Source of the DNA: Eledone cirrhosa | Taxonomy: Eukaryota | Direction of reading: 5' to 3' | DNA: 64,000 nt | Assembly: GCA_964016885.1 (NCBI GenBank) | Contig: OZ024740.1 | Span: 395,250,001-395,314,000, forward strand | Shown: in pieces, positions 52,488 to 64,000 of the stretch | How the letters are laid out: the number at the start of each line of letters is the position of its first letter | Position numbering within the stretch: position 1 is the stretch's first letter | Position numbers and translations under genes: made by a program | Notes under the pieces: generated by a model | Databases searched by the model: none | What the model was told of the DNA's origin: nothing | The model's input: the letters and a program-made list of their open reading frames with translations, nothing else

Positions 52488-53507
52488 GGAGAACATGATA
52501 TGAAGGCTAAAAAACACTTGTGGATAGTGCAGTTTTAAATCAACATATGAAAAGTGGTTTTAGATTGATGTGTGATATTGGGAAAAATATTTTATTTAGA
52601 GAGGGGGGGAGGATGAAAAAGGGGAGGAGATGAGAGGGAGAGATGGGTGATAGAGAGAAAGAGATAGTTTTTATAACTGAGAGAAGATATATTGTTTTAC
52701 ATAGAGAGGTTGAAAACCGTTGGAAGATAATGTATAAATTAAAAGAATTTGAAAATTAACGAAGGGAAGATATGTGCGAGGAAAAAATATTTTATTTAGG
52801 GAGGGGGGTGGAAAGGATGAAAAAAGGGGGAGGAGATGAGAGTGAAGGTGGAAAGGGAGAGATGGGTGATAGAGAGAAAGAGATAGTTTTTATAACTGAG
52901 AAAAGATATATTGTTTTACATAGAGAGGTTGAGAACCGTTGGAAGATAATGTATAAATTAAAGGAATTTGAAAATTAACGAAGGGAATTTATGTATGAAG
53001 ATAGAGAGAAAAAATAATAATTGTGGATGAATATTCTAACGCCAAAAAAAAGTGTATGTTGATAAGTATTGTGGCAATTTCAAAATTAACGAAGAGAAAA
53101 AATTATTAAGGTTTGTGTGTAGAAGGATTTGAGAAAAATAATGTGAAGTTAAAGTTTGTATATTGAAGGAATTGATAATATATGCGAATAAAGAGTTAAT
53201 ATGTATTAAGAATGAGTTCGTTGATGGGGAGAAAAAATAATAAATTAAGGATGAAATTGAGATTAAAAAGTTTTATGATAGAGAGAAAAAATAATAATAA
53301 TTGCGGATGAATATTCTAACGTCAAAAAACAAATGTATATGTTATGAAGGATTTTACAAGGTGAAGATAGAAAGAGGGTAATGAGTAAACAAGTATTATA
53401 GAGTGTATAATGCCCTTTGAAGTAAGGTCGGAAGATGGGTATATTTTAAAGAGGTGTATGTATATGTACCTTTGAGAAAAGATTCTAAATTGATAAAGAA
53501 TTGAATA

Positions 53508-55525
53508 TTAACTATATACTTTGTGAAAAGTCCTATGGAATTTATGCAGGCAGATAGAAAACAAATCTGTACGTCTATTTATTATAGAATCTAGGTTAGA
53601 GATAATGGTAAATTTTTCATTTAGGCAGAGATTACAGATTTTAGATAGAGAGCTGTTCAAGTATGAGGATGCAGAAGAAACCTTCTTCCAAAAGATGGTA
53701 TATTTAATGTTTTTGTCTTTCAAGGACCATATGAGTTCTGAGAGAGCCATGTTGGTTCTTTTAAGTTTGTATTTGAAAGATGAATGGTGATTATAGAGAC
53801 GAGCTTTAAAAGAGGTGGAAGTGGAGCCAAAATAGGTGAAGGAATTGGTGCTAGTTATAATTTTACATTCATAAATTAAGTTTTTATCGAGACAATGGTT
53901 GTTGAGAGGACATTTATTTTTAATGCGGCAGTTGCAATTAGAGAGATTATTAATGAGTGACCTAGTGTTATCTATAGAAGGAATTGGATTGGAGAAGTTG
54001 TTTGCGATAGGAATAATAGGAATAATAGTTTCTTGATTTAGAGTTGGATTATGAACATTTAGCGAAGTTGTGTTTGACGTTGTATTTGGGTTTACAGAAG
54101 TTAGCCTAGGGTTTACAATGACGTCGGGAGTACTATTACTGTTATTATGAAATTCAATGTTGGAAGGAAGAGATTTAGTATTTAGTATTTTATTGTTGTG
54201 TTTAGAGATGATGTTGGAAATATTGGAGGATGTAGAATAAGAAAATTTGATGGTGTGTTTGTTAAATATTTTACTATAGATATGTGAGGGAGGGAAGCAT
54301 TTATTTAAGGCACTAAAAAATAATTTAGGAATATTGTTATTAATAGAGATGGAGAAAGGAGCATTATACCAGATTATGTTTTTGTATCTAGGTCTTTTAT
54401 TAAAATTATTGGAATGATCATGATTAATTATTCTACTGTAAGTTTTTCTAGAATTTGTTTCTTATATTTGATTTTATCTGGATAGCCGGCTTTAGAAAGT
54501 GCGTTATTATAGTAATTGGCGTTAGCATCAAAGATGTTTTTATTAGAAGATATGTTAGATATTCTTTTTCCAATATTCTAACTATAGCATTCTTGATATT
54601 GGTAGGATGGTTAGATTTAAAGTTAACATAATTTAGGTTCTCATTGTTTTTATGGTAAGGGTAATATAGGCCAGTGTCAAGATTAAGAGATACATCCAAG
54701 AAATTAGCTAGTTTGATACTATTATCAAATTCAATTTTTAGGTTATGTTGGTTAAAGAGATTACGTATATTGTTCTTAATAATATCAAGGTTAACTATAT
54801 TGCAATTTAGGATAGTAAAGAGTCCATCGTCACGATAAATTCCACCGCGAAGTTGAGGAATTTTCCGACTCAAAGAGTTCAAAATGAAGATACCAATTAA
54901 ATCAGTCAATTGGGATGAATCGGATGCTCCCATTGTGATGTCGAAGTTGTTAGAGGTATCGGCTCTGGTCCAATATTCGTTGTTGAACTCTAGGATGGTT
55001 TTACGTGCGGTGAGGATGATGTGAAGTTCATCTGTGGTGATGTCAGAATATTTAAGTGCGAAAGATAGAGCATTATTGAGAAGTGAAGGCGAAATGGAGG
55101 AATAGTAGCTGGCAATATCAAATTGAATAAATTTTAGTTTGTTTTTATTATCCAATTTGTTGAACCAGCCAATCACTTCAGAAGTACCAAACCATAAATT
55201 TAGGTTCAAAGAAGAGCAATTAGAACTAACCTGTGGGATAATTCTATCTAAGATGGCTTTACTAACAACCCCCAGATCAGATTTAGAGGGGGCGATTAAT
55301 CTAACAGGTAGTTCAGTGCGAAAATTGTTTTTGTGATCCTTGAGATTTATCCTCGGAGTTCTTGGGAGGAATGGTTCGGTCTTTTTTTCAATGCCAAGTT
55401 TTGACATAATCTCAGAGGCTTCAAGGTTTATGTATTCTAAATTTTCATGGTTGGTTTTACGATACTTTTTCCTAAGTTCCTTTAGGATAAGGTTGTTATA
55501 ATTATCCTTGGAAATACCATATAAG

Positions 55526-55527
<2 letters not shown>
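53508..55527 (-). pseudogene. Penelope-like RT / GIY-YIG ORF, broken by a frameshift and stop near 54430-54580
   Basis: FIQFDIASYY, DITMGASDS, GIYRDDGL, NIIWYNAPFS, CNCRIKNKCPL, LIYECK..YFGSTSTSFKARLYNH, CNLCLNEK. Confidence 0.9.
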
Positions 55528-55566
<39 letters not shown>

Positions 55567-55569
<3 letters not shown>

Positions 55570-55890
55570 TCATCATTTCATTTTACATCCACTTTTCCCT
55601 GCTTGCAAGGGTGGGACGGGAACTGATTCTGGCTTGATTTCTACAGCTGGATGCCCTTCCTAACACCAACCTCATTTACAGTGAGTGCTGGGTGCTTTTT
55701 TGCCGTGGCACCTCCACGACCACTTTGCAGTGGAATGATATGGACCCCAGTCCTATCATCTCATTTCTACAGCTGAGTAAACTGGAGCAATGTGAAATAA
55801 AGTGTCTTGCTCAAGGAAACAACACATCACCCGGTCTGAGAATTGAACTCACAACCTTTCGATTGCAAGGCCACTGAGCCATGTGCCTCC
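55567..55890 (-). mobile_element. SINE family A
   Basis: Full length with a small deletion in the head. Confidence 0.93.
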
Positions 55891-55912
55891 ACTATATATA
55901 TATATATATATA

Positions 55913-56250
55913 GCTTAGTGGTTAGAGCATTGGCCTTGCAATCGAAAGGTTGTGAGTTCAATTCTCAAACCGGGTGATGTGTTGTTTCCTTGAGCAAGAC
56001 ACTTTATTTCACATTGCTCCAGTTTACTCAGCTGTAGAAATGAGATGATAGGACTGGGGTCCCTATCATTCCACTGCAAAGTGGTCGTGGAGGTGCCACA
56101 GCATAAAAGCACCCAGCTCTCACTGTAAATGAGGTTGGTGTTAGGAAGGGCATCCAGCTGTAGAAATTAAGCCAGCATCAGTTCCCGTCCCACCCGTCCC
56201 ATGGGTAATAGGAACAAGTATGACGTAAAATGAAATGATGATGATGATGA
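55913..56250 (+). mobile_element. SINE family A, head-to-head with the previous copy
   Basis: Family A body with an altered tail. Confidence 0.92.
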
Positions 56251-56374
56251 TATATCCTTACCTATGCCAAAAATAAGTAAGTGACATAGTCACTACTTTA
56301 AAACTGATAGTGAATGGTCTTCTAAATGTTTTTAATTAAACATACGGTATATTGCCAAATATACTATACATACA

Positions 56375-56409
<35 letters not shown>

Positions 56410-56485
56410 CGAACGAATTGTGGTAAGGAACCAGATGGACCATAACGCACCAAAGTACTCAATACTTAGTGTAGTAGAGTGGGTA

Positions 56486-56595
56486 ATAGGAACAAGTATG
56501 ACTCCGACGCAGAGCACAAGCCGTTTTGTCGGCTATTTCTGGACTGAAATAGCCGCCGAAATGGCTTGAGCTCTGCTGTTGGGGTCATACTAGTT

Positions 56596-56600
<5 letters not shown>
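56486..56600 (+). ncRNA. Long imperfect hairpin (~54-bp stem, 6-nt loop)
   Basis: ATAGGAAC..CGGCTATTTC tggact GAAATAGCCG..GTTCCTAT, with four G-U wobbles on the + strand. Confidence 0.55.
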
Positions 56601-56631
<31 letters not shown>

Positions 56632-56639
56632 CATATATT

Positions 56640-56995
56640 CCATCATTGTGCTAACCAAAGACTGATGAGCTTTTGATTCCAGAGTTTGGCCCAATCGATA
56701 GAGATCAAACCTTGAGCTGATCAATTGGGAAACGCACCGAAATAAATGTAATGAAAATTTGACACCTCGTCCATGATTACTATATATATATACCTGCTAT
56801 ATGGCAGCTACAACTTTGATTTATACATAATATAATATCATATATTCATTACAACAGCAGAAGTCTGATGAGCTTTTGATTCCAGAGTCAGGCCAGATCG
56901 ATACAGATCGAACCTTCAGCTGATCAATAGCGAAACACACGTTACTAATCAATAAACATACTGAAGAGCTTAACAAATCGTCCTTGTATTATTAT
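56640..56995 (+). ncRNA. Two tandem hammerheads with enlarged stem II
   Basis: AGAAGT CTGATGA GCTTTTGAT..(~40 nt)..ATCAATAGC GAAAC ACAC GTT ACT..AATAAA at ~56859-56956; a more decayed copy at ~56655-56746. Confidence 0.65.
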
Positions 56996-58030
56996 CATCA
57001 TCATCATCATCATTTTACGTCCGCTTTTCCCTTCTTGCAAGGGTTGGACGGGTCCTATTCAGCACAGTATCTCTCCACTTGTCACGGTCCTTCGTCATCT
57101 CCTCAGTGAGTTTCAGTGATCTGTGGTCTGCTCTCACCACCTCCGCCCATGTTTTTTGTGGTCTACCTCTACTGCATCTTCTTTCTACTGGGATTTCTTG
57201 GCACTTCTTTACCCAGCGGTCATCCTCCATGTGCATCACATGTCCATACCACCTCAGCCTTCTCTCCTGCACACCACAACTTATCCCTCTTATACCCAGT
57301 TTCTTTCTCAACTCATCTATGCTTGGTCGTTCACGCACATTGTATTGTACATCCAACGGAGCATACTTGCTTCATTTCTCTCCAGCCATCGCATATCTTC
57401 TGCCGTTGCTGCCCATGTCTCACTACCATGCAGCATCGCGGACCTCACACAGGCATCATATAACCATCCTTTCGTACGCAGGGAAAAACCCTTCTTTGTC
57501 AACAGAGAAAGCAGCTCCCTAAACTTCTTCTAACCTGTCCTTATTCTAGATACTATGGCCTCGGAACCCCCTCCCCCTTCCATGCTAATCTGATCACCTA
57601 GGTACCGGAAGCTATCAACCACTTCCATAGAACACACCTACATTGGAAAAATGTGTCTATCACTGCGAATACTATTGCCAACTTTCCCTATACATTTACT
57701 GCATACATAGTTTTCCCTACCTGTTAGTTTGCCTGCTATCCCACTACATCTCTTGTGTACCCAAGATCTGCATTGTGTACATTTTATGGAATTTATGCCA
57801 GTTCCTTTCCTACATATCGAACATGGCCATTTCCCCGATGGAATCAGAGTATTGTCCTCTCTTCTACTTATCAACACTTTTGTTTTAGCTATGTTCACTC
57901 TCAGGCCTCTTGATTCCAACTGCTGTTTCCATAGCCAGAATTTATTCTCTAGCCCCTCTACTGATTCTGCTATAAGAGCCAGATCATCAGCATAGAAAAG
58001 TTCCCACGGGCAGCCAGTCTTAAACTCCTG
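56995..58030 (-). mobile_element. 5'-truncated RTE LINE with frameshifts
   Basis: LFYADDL, CSIC..CTQC..HKRC..CSKC, RRLRWYGHV; the ORF runs into the GGACGTAAAAT(GAT)n tail. Confidence 0.93.
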
Positions 58031-58216
58031 TTATATCTATATATAATGAAGATATCGGTATATAAAAATAAATATCAATTTGCTGACCAATAATTCCTCA
58101 CTGTAAAGGCACTAAAATAAAAACTCTTAAGATATCATTATTGGTACAACAATTTAGATATCTTGTACAAAAAACAAAGAACATATAATCAGTTAGAACA
58201 ATGAAATATTACTTAC

Positions 58217-58259
58217 TTGATATTAGTAATATACCTTTCTCTTACATGCCCAGACATGT
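58217..58259 (-). CDS. Candidate microexon MSGHVRERYITNI(K)
   Basis: Acceptor ccatttttcag|, donor CAA|gtaagt. Its phase-2 end fits the exon at 42183. Confidence 0.35.
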
Positions 58260-59441
58260 CTGAAAAATGGGCAAAAATCCTAACCCTGTTTATAATCCGA
58301 GGCAGCTAATCAACACATTTTGTTTAGGTAGTGTGGTTTGGAAGTTCTCATGAGTATAAAATATATTTTTGAAGGTTTAATATTTCAAGGTTTGAAATGT
58401 TTTAAGTGTTGTTTAGAGTATAGTTTTTGTTTCACAACTCTATTATGCAATACCTTTTCACAATTTCATCCATTTTATAAAGTCTCAAGTTTCTTGAATT
58501 TTTGTTTCCCTCTGGCTGCTCACATGCTAAGGGTACTTTGAAAGCACGAAATTGAAAACAAGAACTTTGTATAGGGATTCATTGAGTAGAAGAGGTGGGA
58601 GAGACATCAAGCTAAAGAGAAGAAGCAGAGCAAGAAAAAAGAGGGCGAGAGAAAGAGCAATAAAACACAAGTCAGAAGTAAGATTTCAATTTTACGTAAG
58701 ATAGAAAGAAAAAGTATGAAGATAGAGAAAAACAGTTAGCATGCATGTATGTGCATGTATGTGAACATTCATGTGTGTGTGCATGTGTTCATGTGTATGG
58801 GATATTTATGTAGTAAAAAGTTCCATTATAAAATAATCATTCCACATATTTTAGCACCTTATTAACATAGAATTTGAAGTTGGTGAAAATCAGCAAAATA
58901 CTGACCTCAAATATAAGTCGACATCCATTTTACCATCAAATTTTTTGTCACATATTTCTCAGGGAAAAGCGGACATAAAATGATAATGATGATGATGATA
59001 TATATATTGTTATATTTGGGGAGGGTTATATTGTTATAATATTGCCAAAAATAATGATAAAACACACTCACTGTTTGGTTTGGATTGGTTTTTGCTTCTG
59101 TATCGATTATATCTCAATAGTTAATTTATCTGGCAATCATTGTTTCTCATTGATTGACAAACGGTTAAAAATACAGATATAAATATATATATATAGTCTA
59201 TCAAAGTTCTTTTGTCACACACCTGTGACATCATAAGTGGTACTATTATTTTTCCTCCTGTTGTATTGTATATATATATATCATCATCATCATAATCGTT
59301 CAGCATCCATTTTCCACGCTAGCATGGATATATATATTGAAAATAAAGTGAGATTTCACATAAAGGTCTTTATTGATTATATATAGTTACAACCAATGGC
59401 TCAGAATCTAACCACCTAATATCATATATATATATATATAT

Positions 59442-59822
59442 GGAGGCAAATGGCTTAGTGGTTAGAGCATTGGCCTTGCAATTGAAAGGTTGTGAGTTCA
59501 ATTCTCAGACCGGGTGATGTGTTGTTTCCTTGAGCAAGACACTTTATTTCACATTGCTCCAGTTTACTCAGCTGTAGAAATGAGATGATAGGACTGGGGT
59601 CCCTATCATTCCACTGCAAAGTGGTCATGGAGGTGCCACGGCAAAAAAGCACCCAACCCACACTGTAAAGTAGACGTGTAGGCGTCACTAAAAAAAAGCA
59701 CCCAGCCCTCACTGTAAATGAGGTTGGTGTTAGGAAGGGCATCCAGCTGTAGAAATCAAGCCAGAATCAGTTCCCGTCCCACCCTTGCAAGCAGGGAAAA
59801 GCGGACGTAAAATGATGATGAT
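59442..59822 (+). mobile_element. SINE family A with two 48-bp modules
   Basis: Extra CACTGTAAAGT..GTAGG..AAAAAAGCACCCA unit at ~59660-59710. Confidence 0.92.
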
Positions 59823-60377
59823 ATATATAGATAGATATACACAGTATATATTGATTTTTCTGAAGGTTTTCCTTTATATTTTAACATGAATGTCTTTAGA
59901 TATGCAGGTATGTTGACAATGTTATACATAATATCAGTGTAGACTAGGACAAGGATATATCTGTCAGAGAATAATCTTATATAGAGAAATGTGATGGTCA
60001 TAGTAGTGGTAGCGTGGCAAGGAAGACATCATTCATAATTATGTCATTTTCCATAGATACATTGCTCAACCAAGTATATAGATTGTATAAATTTTTTTTC
60101 TGTGTTTGCATACATGTTATGTGTGTGTATGTTTGTATGTGTGTGTGTATGTATGTGTGAGTGTGGGTGTGTGTATGTTTCTGTGTGTGTGTGTGTGTGT
60201 ATGTATGAGTGTGGGTGTGTGTATGTTTCTGTGTGTATGTGCATGAGAGGGAAAGAAAATTGAAAGAGAAAAATTAGGAGTGAGAAAGAGATAAAGAAAG
60301 AAAGAAAAGAATGAGAAAGGTAATTAGGAAAATATACATAATACATACACACACACAAGAACACTAACAGATATGTC

Positions 60378-60600
60378 TGGTGGGAGTGGTGGGGGTGGGG
60401 GCGATGGTGATGGTGGTGGTCGTCGTTGTGGTAGTAGTTTTGGCGGTCGTGGTAGTGGTGGTTGTCGTTGTGATGGTGGTGGTGGTGGTGGTGGTGGTGG
60501 TGGTGGTGTTGGTGGTGTTGCTAGTGGTGGTGGTGGTGGCGTCAGTGGTGGTGATGGTGGTGGTGGTGTTGGAGCAGATGGAGGTTTGATGATGATGACA
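60378..60600. repeat. (GGT)n-rich low-complexity tract
   Basis: Seen directly. Confidence 0.92.
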
Positions 60601-61489
60601 TCATTGACAACAATACATATATTCTTATCATGCTGGAAATATTGCTACTGATAATGACAATCACAACAAAGATTATAATGATTACAATGATGATGATGAT
60701 GGCAATCGTAATGGCAACAATACAACTAGTGAATTGTAAAGAATACAAAGGAATGGTGCTGGAGTTCTGATTAGGAAACTAAAACATGGTATAAGAAATA
60801 ATACAGAGCAGGAAAGTTTATAATTTTCTCTTCTAGTGAATGAAACATGGGTAGATGAGAAAAGAAATTGTCTTAACTTCCTTAGTCCATATTCTTAGTC
60901 ATGGACACAGCATGGCTGAATGGTTAAGAAGATTGTTTTACAGTCATAAGGTCCTGTGTTTGATACCACTGCTGCACATCTTGGACAAGTGTCATTTACT
61001 ATAGATTTTAACTGATGCCGTGTTAGTGAAATTTAGTAGATGGAAACTGTTTGGAAGCCCATCAAGTTAAGTGTATCTGTAATTCAAAGGACCAGCCATA
61101 TCACACACTGTATGATGCTGAATCTTCCTGAGAATTACAATAAAGGTATACAAGTATGTGGAATGACTAGCCACTTGCATGTTAATTTCATGAGCAGGCT
61201 GTTCCATTAATAAAAGAAGTTGGACATTCATTGTTGAAATTGGTGGAGATCTATCCCATTCCATTTCATATTCTTGGCTAAATGTTTGACATGTTATCCT
61301 CTCCCACCAGCAATACTTTTAATTATCTCTTGACTAGAATTGGTTTCAGTATTTAAACTGTTGCCACACCATGGAATCTAACAATAAATTCTGTTTCAAG
61401 TTTAGCATTTACTTTATATTTACTGTTGTATTTTTATGGTAAAGCTTTTATCTCAGACAATTATCTCACATGATGCTAAGGAGCATGGT

Positions 61490-62035
61490 CAGGCAGGACC
61501 CACCCCTAATTAGGGATTATGTCCTGCTCCATGTGTTTCTGTCCGCTGGTCTCACTTGGGCCAGGTCAATCCTATCTTGATCCCGATGGACATCCTCCAT
61601 CCAAGTCCTTTAAGGTCTTCCTGGGCCTCTACTGCATCCTGGATCAACATTTATCACATTGCTGATCCTTCCCTCACTGTGCTCGACATGGCCGTACCAT
61701 TGCATATATATATATATATCCTCCATTCATATTGTCATCGGCTCTTCCTCATTTCCCAATATATTTTTGTTTCCTTTCAATTTTTTCATCTATGGTGGTA
61801 CAAAGAAAGATTGTCCATGCAGATCACGGCTGATTGTCAGTGGAGTTCTTGGCTGGAGATGGCAAATTTTTTTATGCAGCCTTTTATCTTCCTCAGTTCT
61901 CCGGCAATTTTCCTCAGAGTATTCTTGTTAAGATGGTACCATGCTGGTTTGTCTTCTGCGTGCTGCTCCCGGGACTTTGGGTCAATGTCAGTGCTCTTCA
62001 TCAACTGTTTTAATTGGTCTTTGTAGTATTGCATG
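61490..62035 (-). mobile_element. Degenerate RTE/BovB-like LINE 3' fragments
   Basis: YKDQLKQLMKSTDIDP..AEDKPAW resembles the BovB-type C-terminus. Confidence 0.5.
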
Positions 62036-62403
62036 GGGTGGACAAATAATCTCTTTCCTAACCTGATACAAATTAGAAATAGCAGTTAATTATGCCTCAA
62101 ATCATTCCTGAGGAAAAATAGAACAAAAAACACCTAGGTTAATGGGTATTAGATAAACTGTGGCTGGAGGGAAAAACAACATAGCTAAACACCTTTAATC
62201 AGAGAAGACTTGGTGGTAAAATAAACAAGAACAATGAGAAATACCTATAAATACATTATCTGAAATCATAGCAATTGATTTGGGAATATTTCGACATGTA
62301 TTATTAACTTATTTTCAATAGATGAAAGAATCAATGAAACTATTGATAAAAAACTGCTTAAGTCACTACACAAGTAAATTATTTAATGCACCATACACAC
62401 ACA

Positions 62404-62477
<74 letters not shown>

Positions 62478-62809
62478 CAAAAGGAGGGTGAGAGAGAGCC
62501 AAACACACACACACACACATATATATATATAGAAAATATATATGTATGATCTATAGGTCAGCTCAGTGCAATATTTAATCGCTAATGACACAGCATAACA
62601 GGTAGTTGGTACTATGACATTATATCTATTTGAATTGACATAATAGGAGGGCGGGACAGAGAGAGAGAGAGAAAATAGAGGAGAGAGAGAGGGGGAGAGA
62701 GAGAGAGAGTAAGCAGTCAGTTAGGAAGTGCTTGCTCCCATTTATTTGATGTCCATTTTCCATCACTTTCTATATTTCAGTGTCTGCTCATGCCTATCTA
62801 TCTTTCATT

Positions 62810-62970
62810 GCCATGCTTTGACACATAGAGTTACGGGCCTTGCTATTCTGAGTTCAAATCCCGCCAAGGTTAACTTTGCCTTTCATCCTTACGGGGTCGA
62901 TAAAATAAAGTACCAGTAATGCACTGGGTAATTGCTGGCCTTGTGCCAAAAGTAGAAATAATTATAATAA
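62810..62970 (+). mobile_element. SINE family B
   Basis: Family B body and tail. Confidence 0.88.
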
Positions 62971-63156
62971 TTTCTTTTCCACCTTTTTCAGCACTGTCAC
63001 TGTTTTCTCTTTCCCCATATTTTCATTTCTTCATTTCTATATTGTGTCAGAAAGAGGAGAAGCAGCAAACAAGAGAGATTTAGCCTTTTATAATACATAC
63101 ATATGTGATATAAAAGTAGGTTAATAACGGATTAACGAACACAAAATATACCAAGT

Positions 63157-64000
63157 ATACAAGGGTCGGCTGGAATGTTCATAGGCTGATCAAGATACCA
63201 AATGAGGTAATTTTTCAACAATGCCATCCTTGTGATCCATACACTTCTTCAATCAGTGTTGCAGTGCTTGGATCTCATTGGTGAAGAAGCTTTCATATTG
63301 TTGGTAAAAAGGTTATCAACAGCAGACTTGGCGTCATAATCATTGGTTCCCAGCCAAGTGTTTTTCATGTTGGGGAACACATGATAGTTAGATGGGACCA
63401 ATATGGAGAGTGATCAAACAGTTTAAAACCACAGTCATGCACAGCATTGAAACCAAGTCCTGGAGCATTGCCCTGATGAAACAAGACCACTTTCATCAGC
63501 CTTTCATAGTTGCCTCAGCAAGTTAGCATAGTACTTTCCATTGATAGTGTGACCGTTTAAAAGATAGTCAAAAAGCACAATACCTTTTGCATCCCCCAAA
63601 ACTGAGGCCATCACCTTCCCTACTGATGAAACAACCTTGACTTTCTTTGGAGCAGGTGAGGAGTGGTGTATCCACTGCATGGATTGTCTCTTTGTCTTTG
63701 GCTCAATGTGATGAATCCTAAACTTATCCTGGATTAGGAATGTTCAAGGAAACCAGCTGGATCTGTCTCAAACAATGTCATATTTTACCATGATGTGATC
63801 AACCTAGTGCACTTTTTATCAGGTGTCAGAAGACATGGCACCCACAAAGCAGAAACCTTCATCATGCCAAGTTCATTGTACAAAATATTCCCAACTCTCT
63901 CATGGAGTATGATAATTGCATCGGCTATTTGATTTATAGTCAATTGCCTGTCATCCATCAGCATGTGATGATAACGATCAATGTTTTCCTCATTGGTGGG
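63157..64000 (-). mobile_element. Degenerate mariner transposon (runs off the window end)
   Basis: TIR-like TACAAGGGTCGGCTGGAATGTTC. Reverse-strand remnants LFHQGNAP, GHTIN and IQALQH.LKKC..KDGIVEK match the mariner transposase C-terminus. Confidence 0.75.

Larger units (their letters stand above)
52385..55527 (-). mobile_element. Penelope-like retroelement, 5'-truncated, with long 3' UTR ending in a hammerhead
   Basis: RT followed by a C-terminal GIY-YIG domain; both ends abut (TA)n. The 3' UTR has a ~200-bp tandem duplication at 52570-52985. Confidence 0.9.

Noticed and set aside
60373-60651. Gly-rich and Val-rich ORFs (similar at 16.0-16.2 kb)
   Set aside because: (GGT)n/(GAT)n simple repeats.

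Overview
This is AT-rich, repeat-dense animal DNA, intronic or intergenic. The SINE and RTE repertoire and the microsatellite load resemble a coleoid cephalopod (octopus-like), which is an inference. No intact long host CDS is present, and most ORF-track entries are microsatellite or repeat artefacts. Contents: RTE-clade LINE fragments (several with a PHD-like finger inside the RT), two R4/Dong-like restriction-endonuclease LINE remnants, a 5'-truncated Penelope-like element (RT + C-terminal GIY-YIG), a mariner remnant, a hAT MITE, three SINE families, a 48-bp minisatellite derived from a SINE/LINE 3' module, and a possible chain of short minus-strand exons. The main hidden signal is about a dozen minimal type I hammerhead ribozyme motifs from several families. 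Three sit in 350-430 bp non-coding units with direct terminal repeats and share the order ATGCAAAT octamer, TATA box 42-47 bp later, then hammerhead. These are candidate self-promoting, self-cleaving, Penelope-mobilised retrozymes. All RNA folds were paired by eye, and repeat boundaries are approximate.
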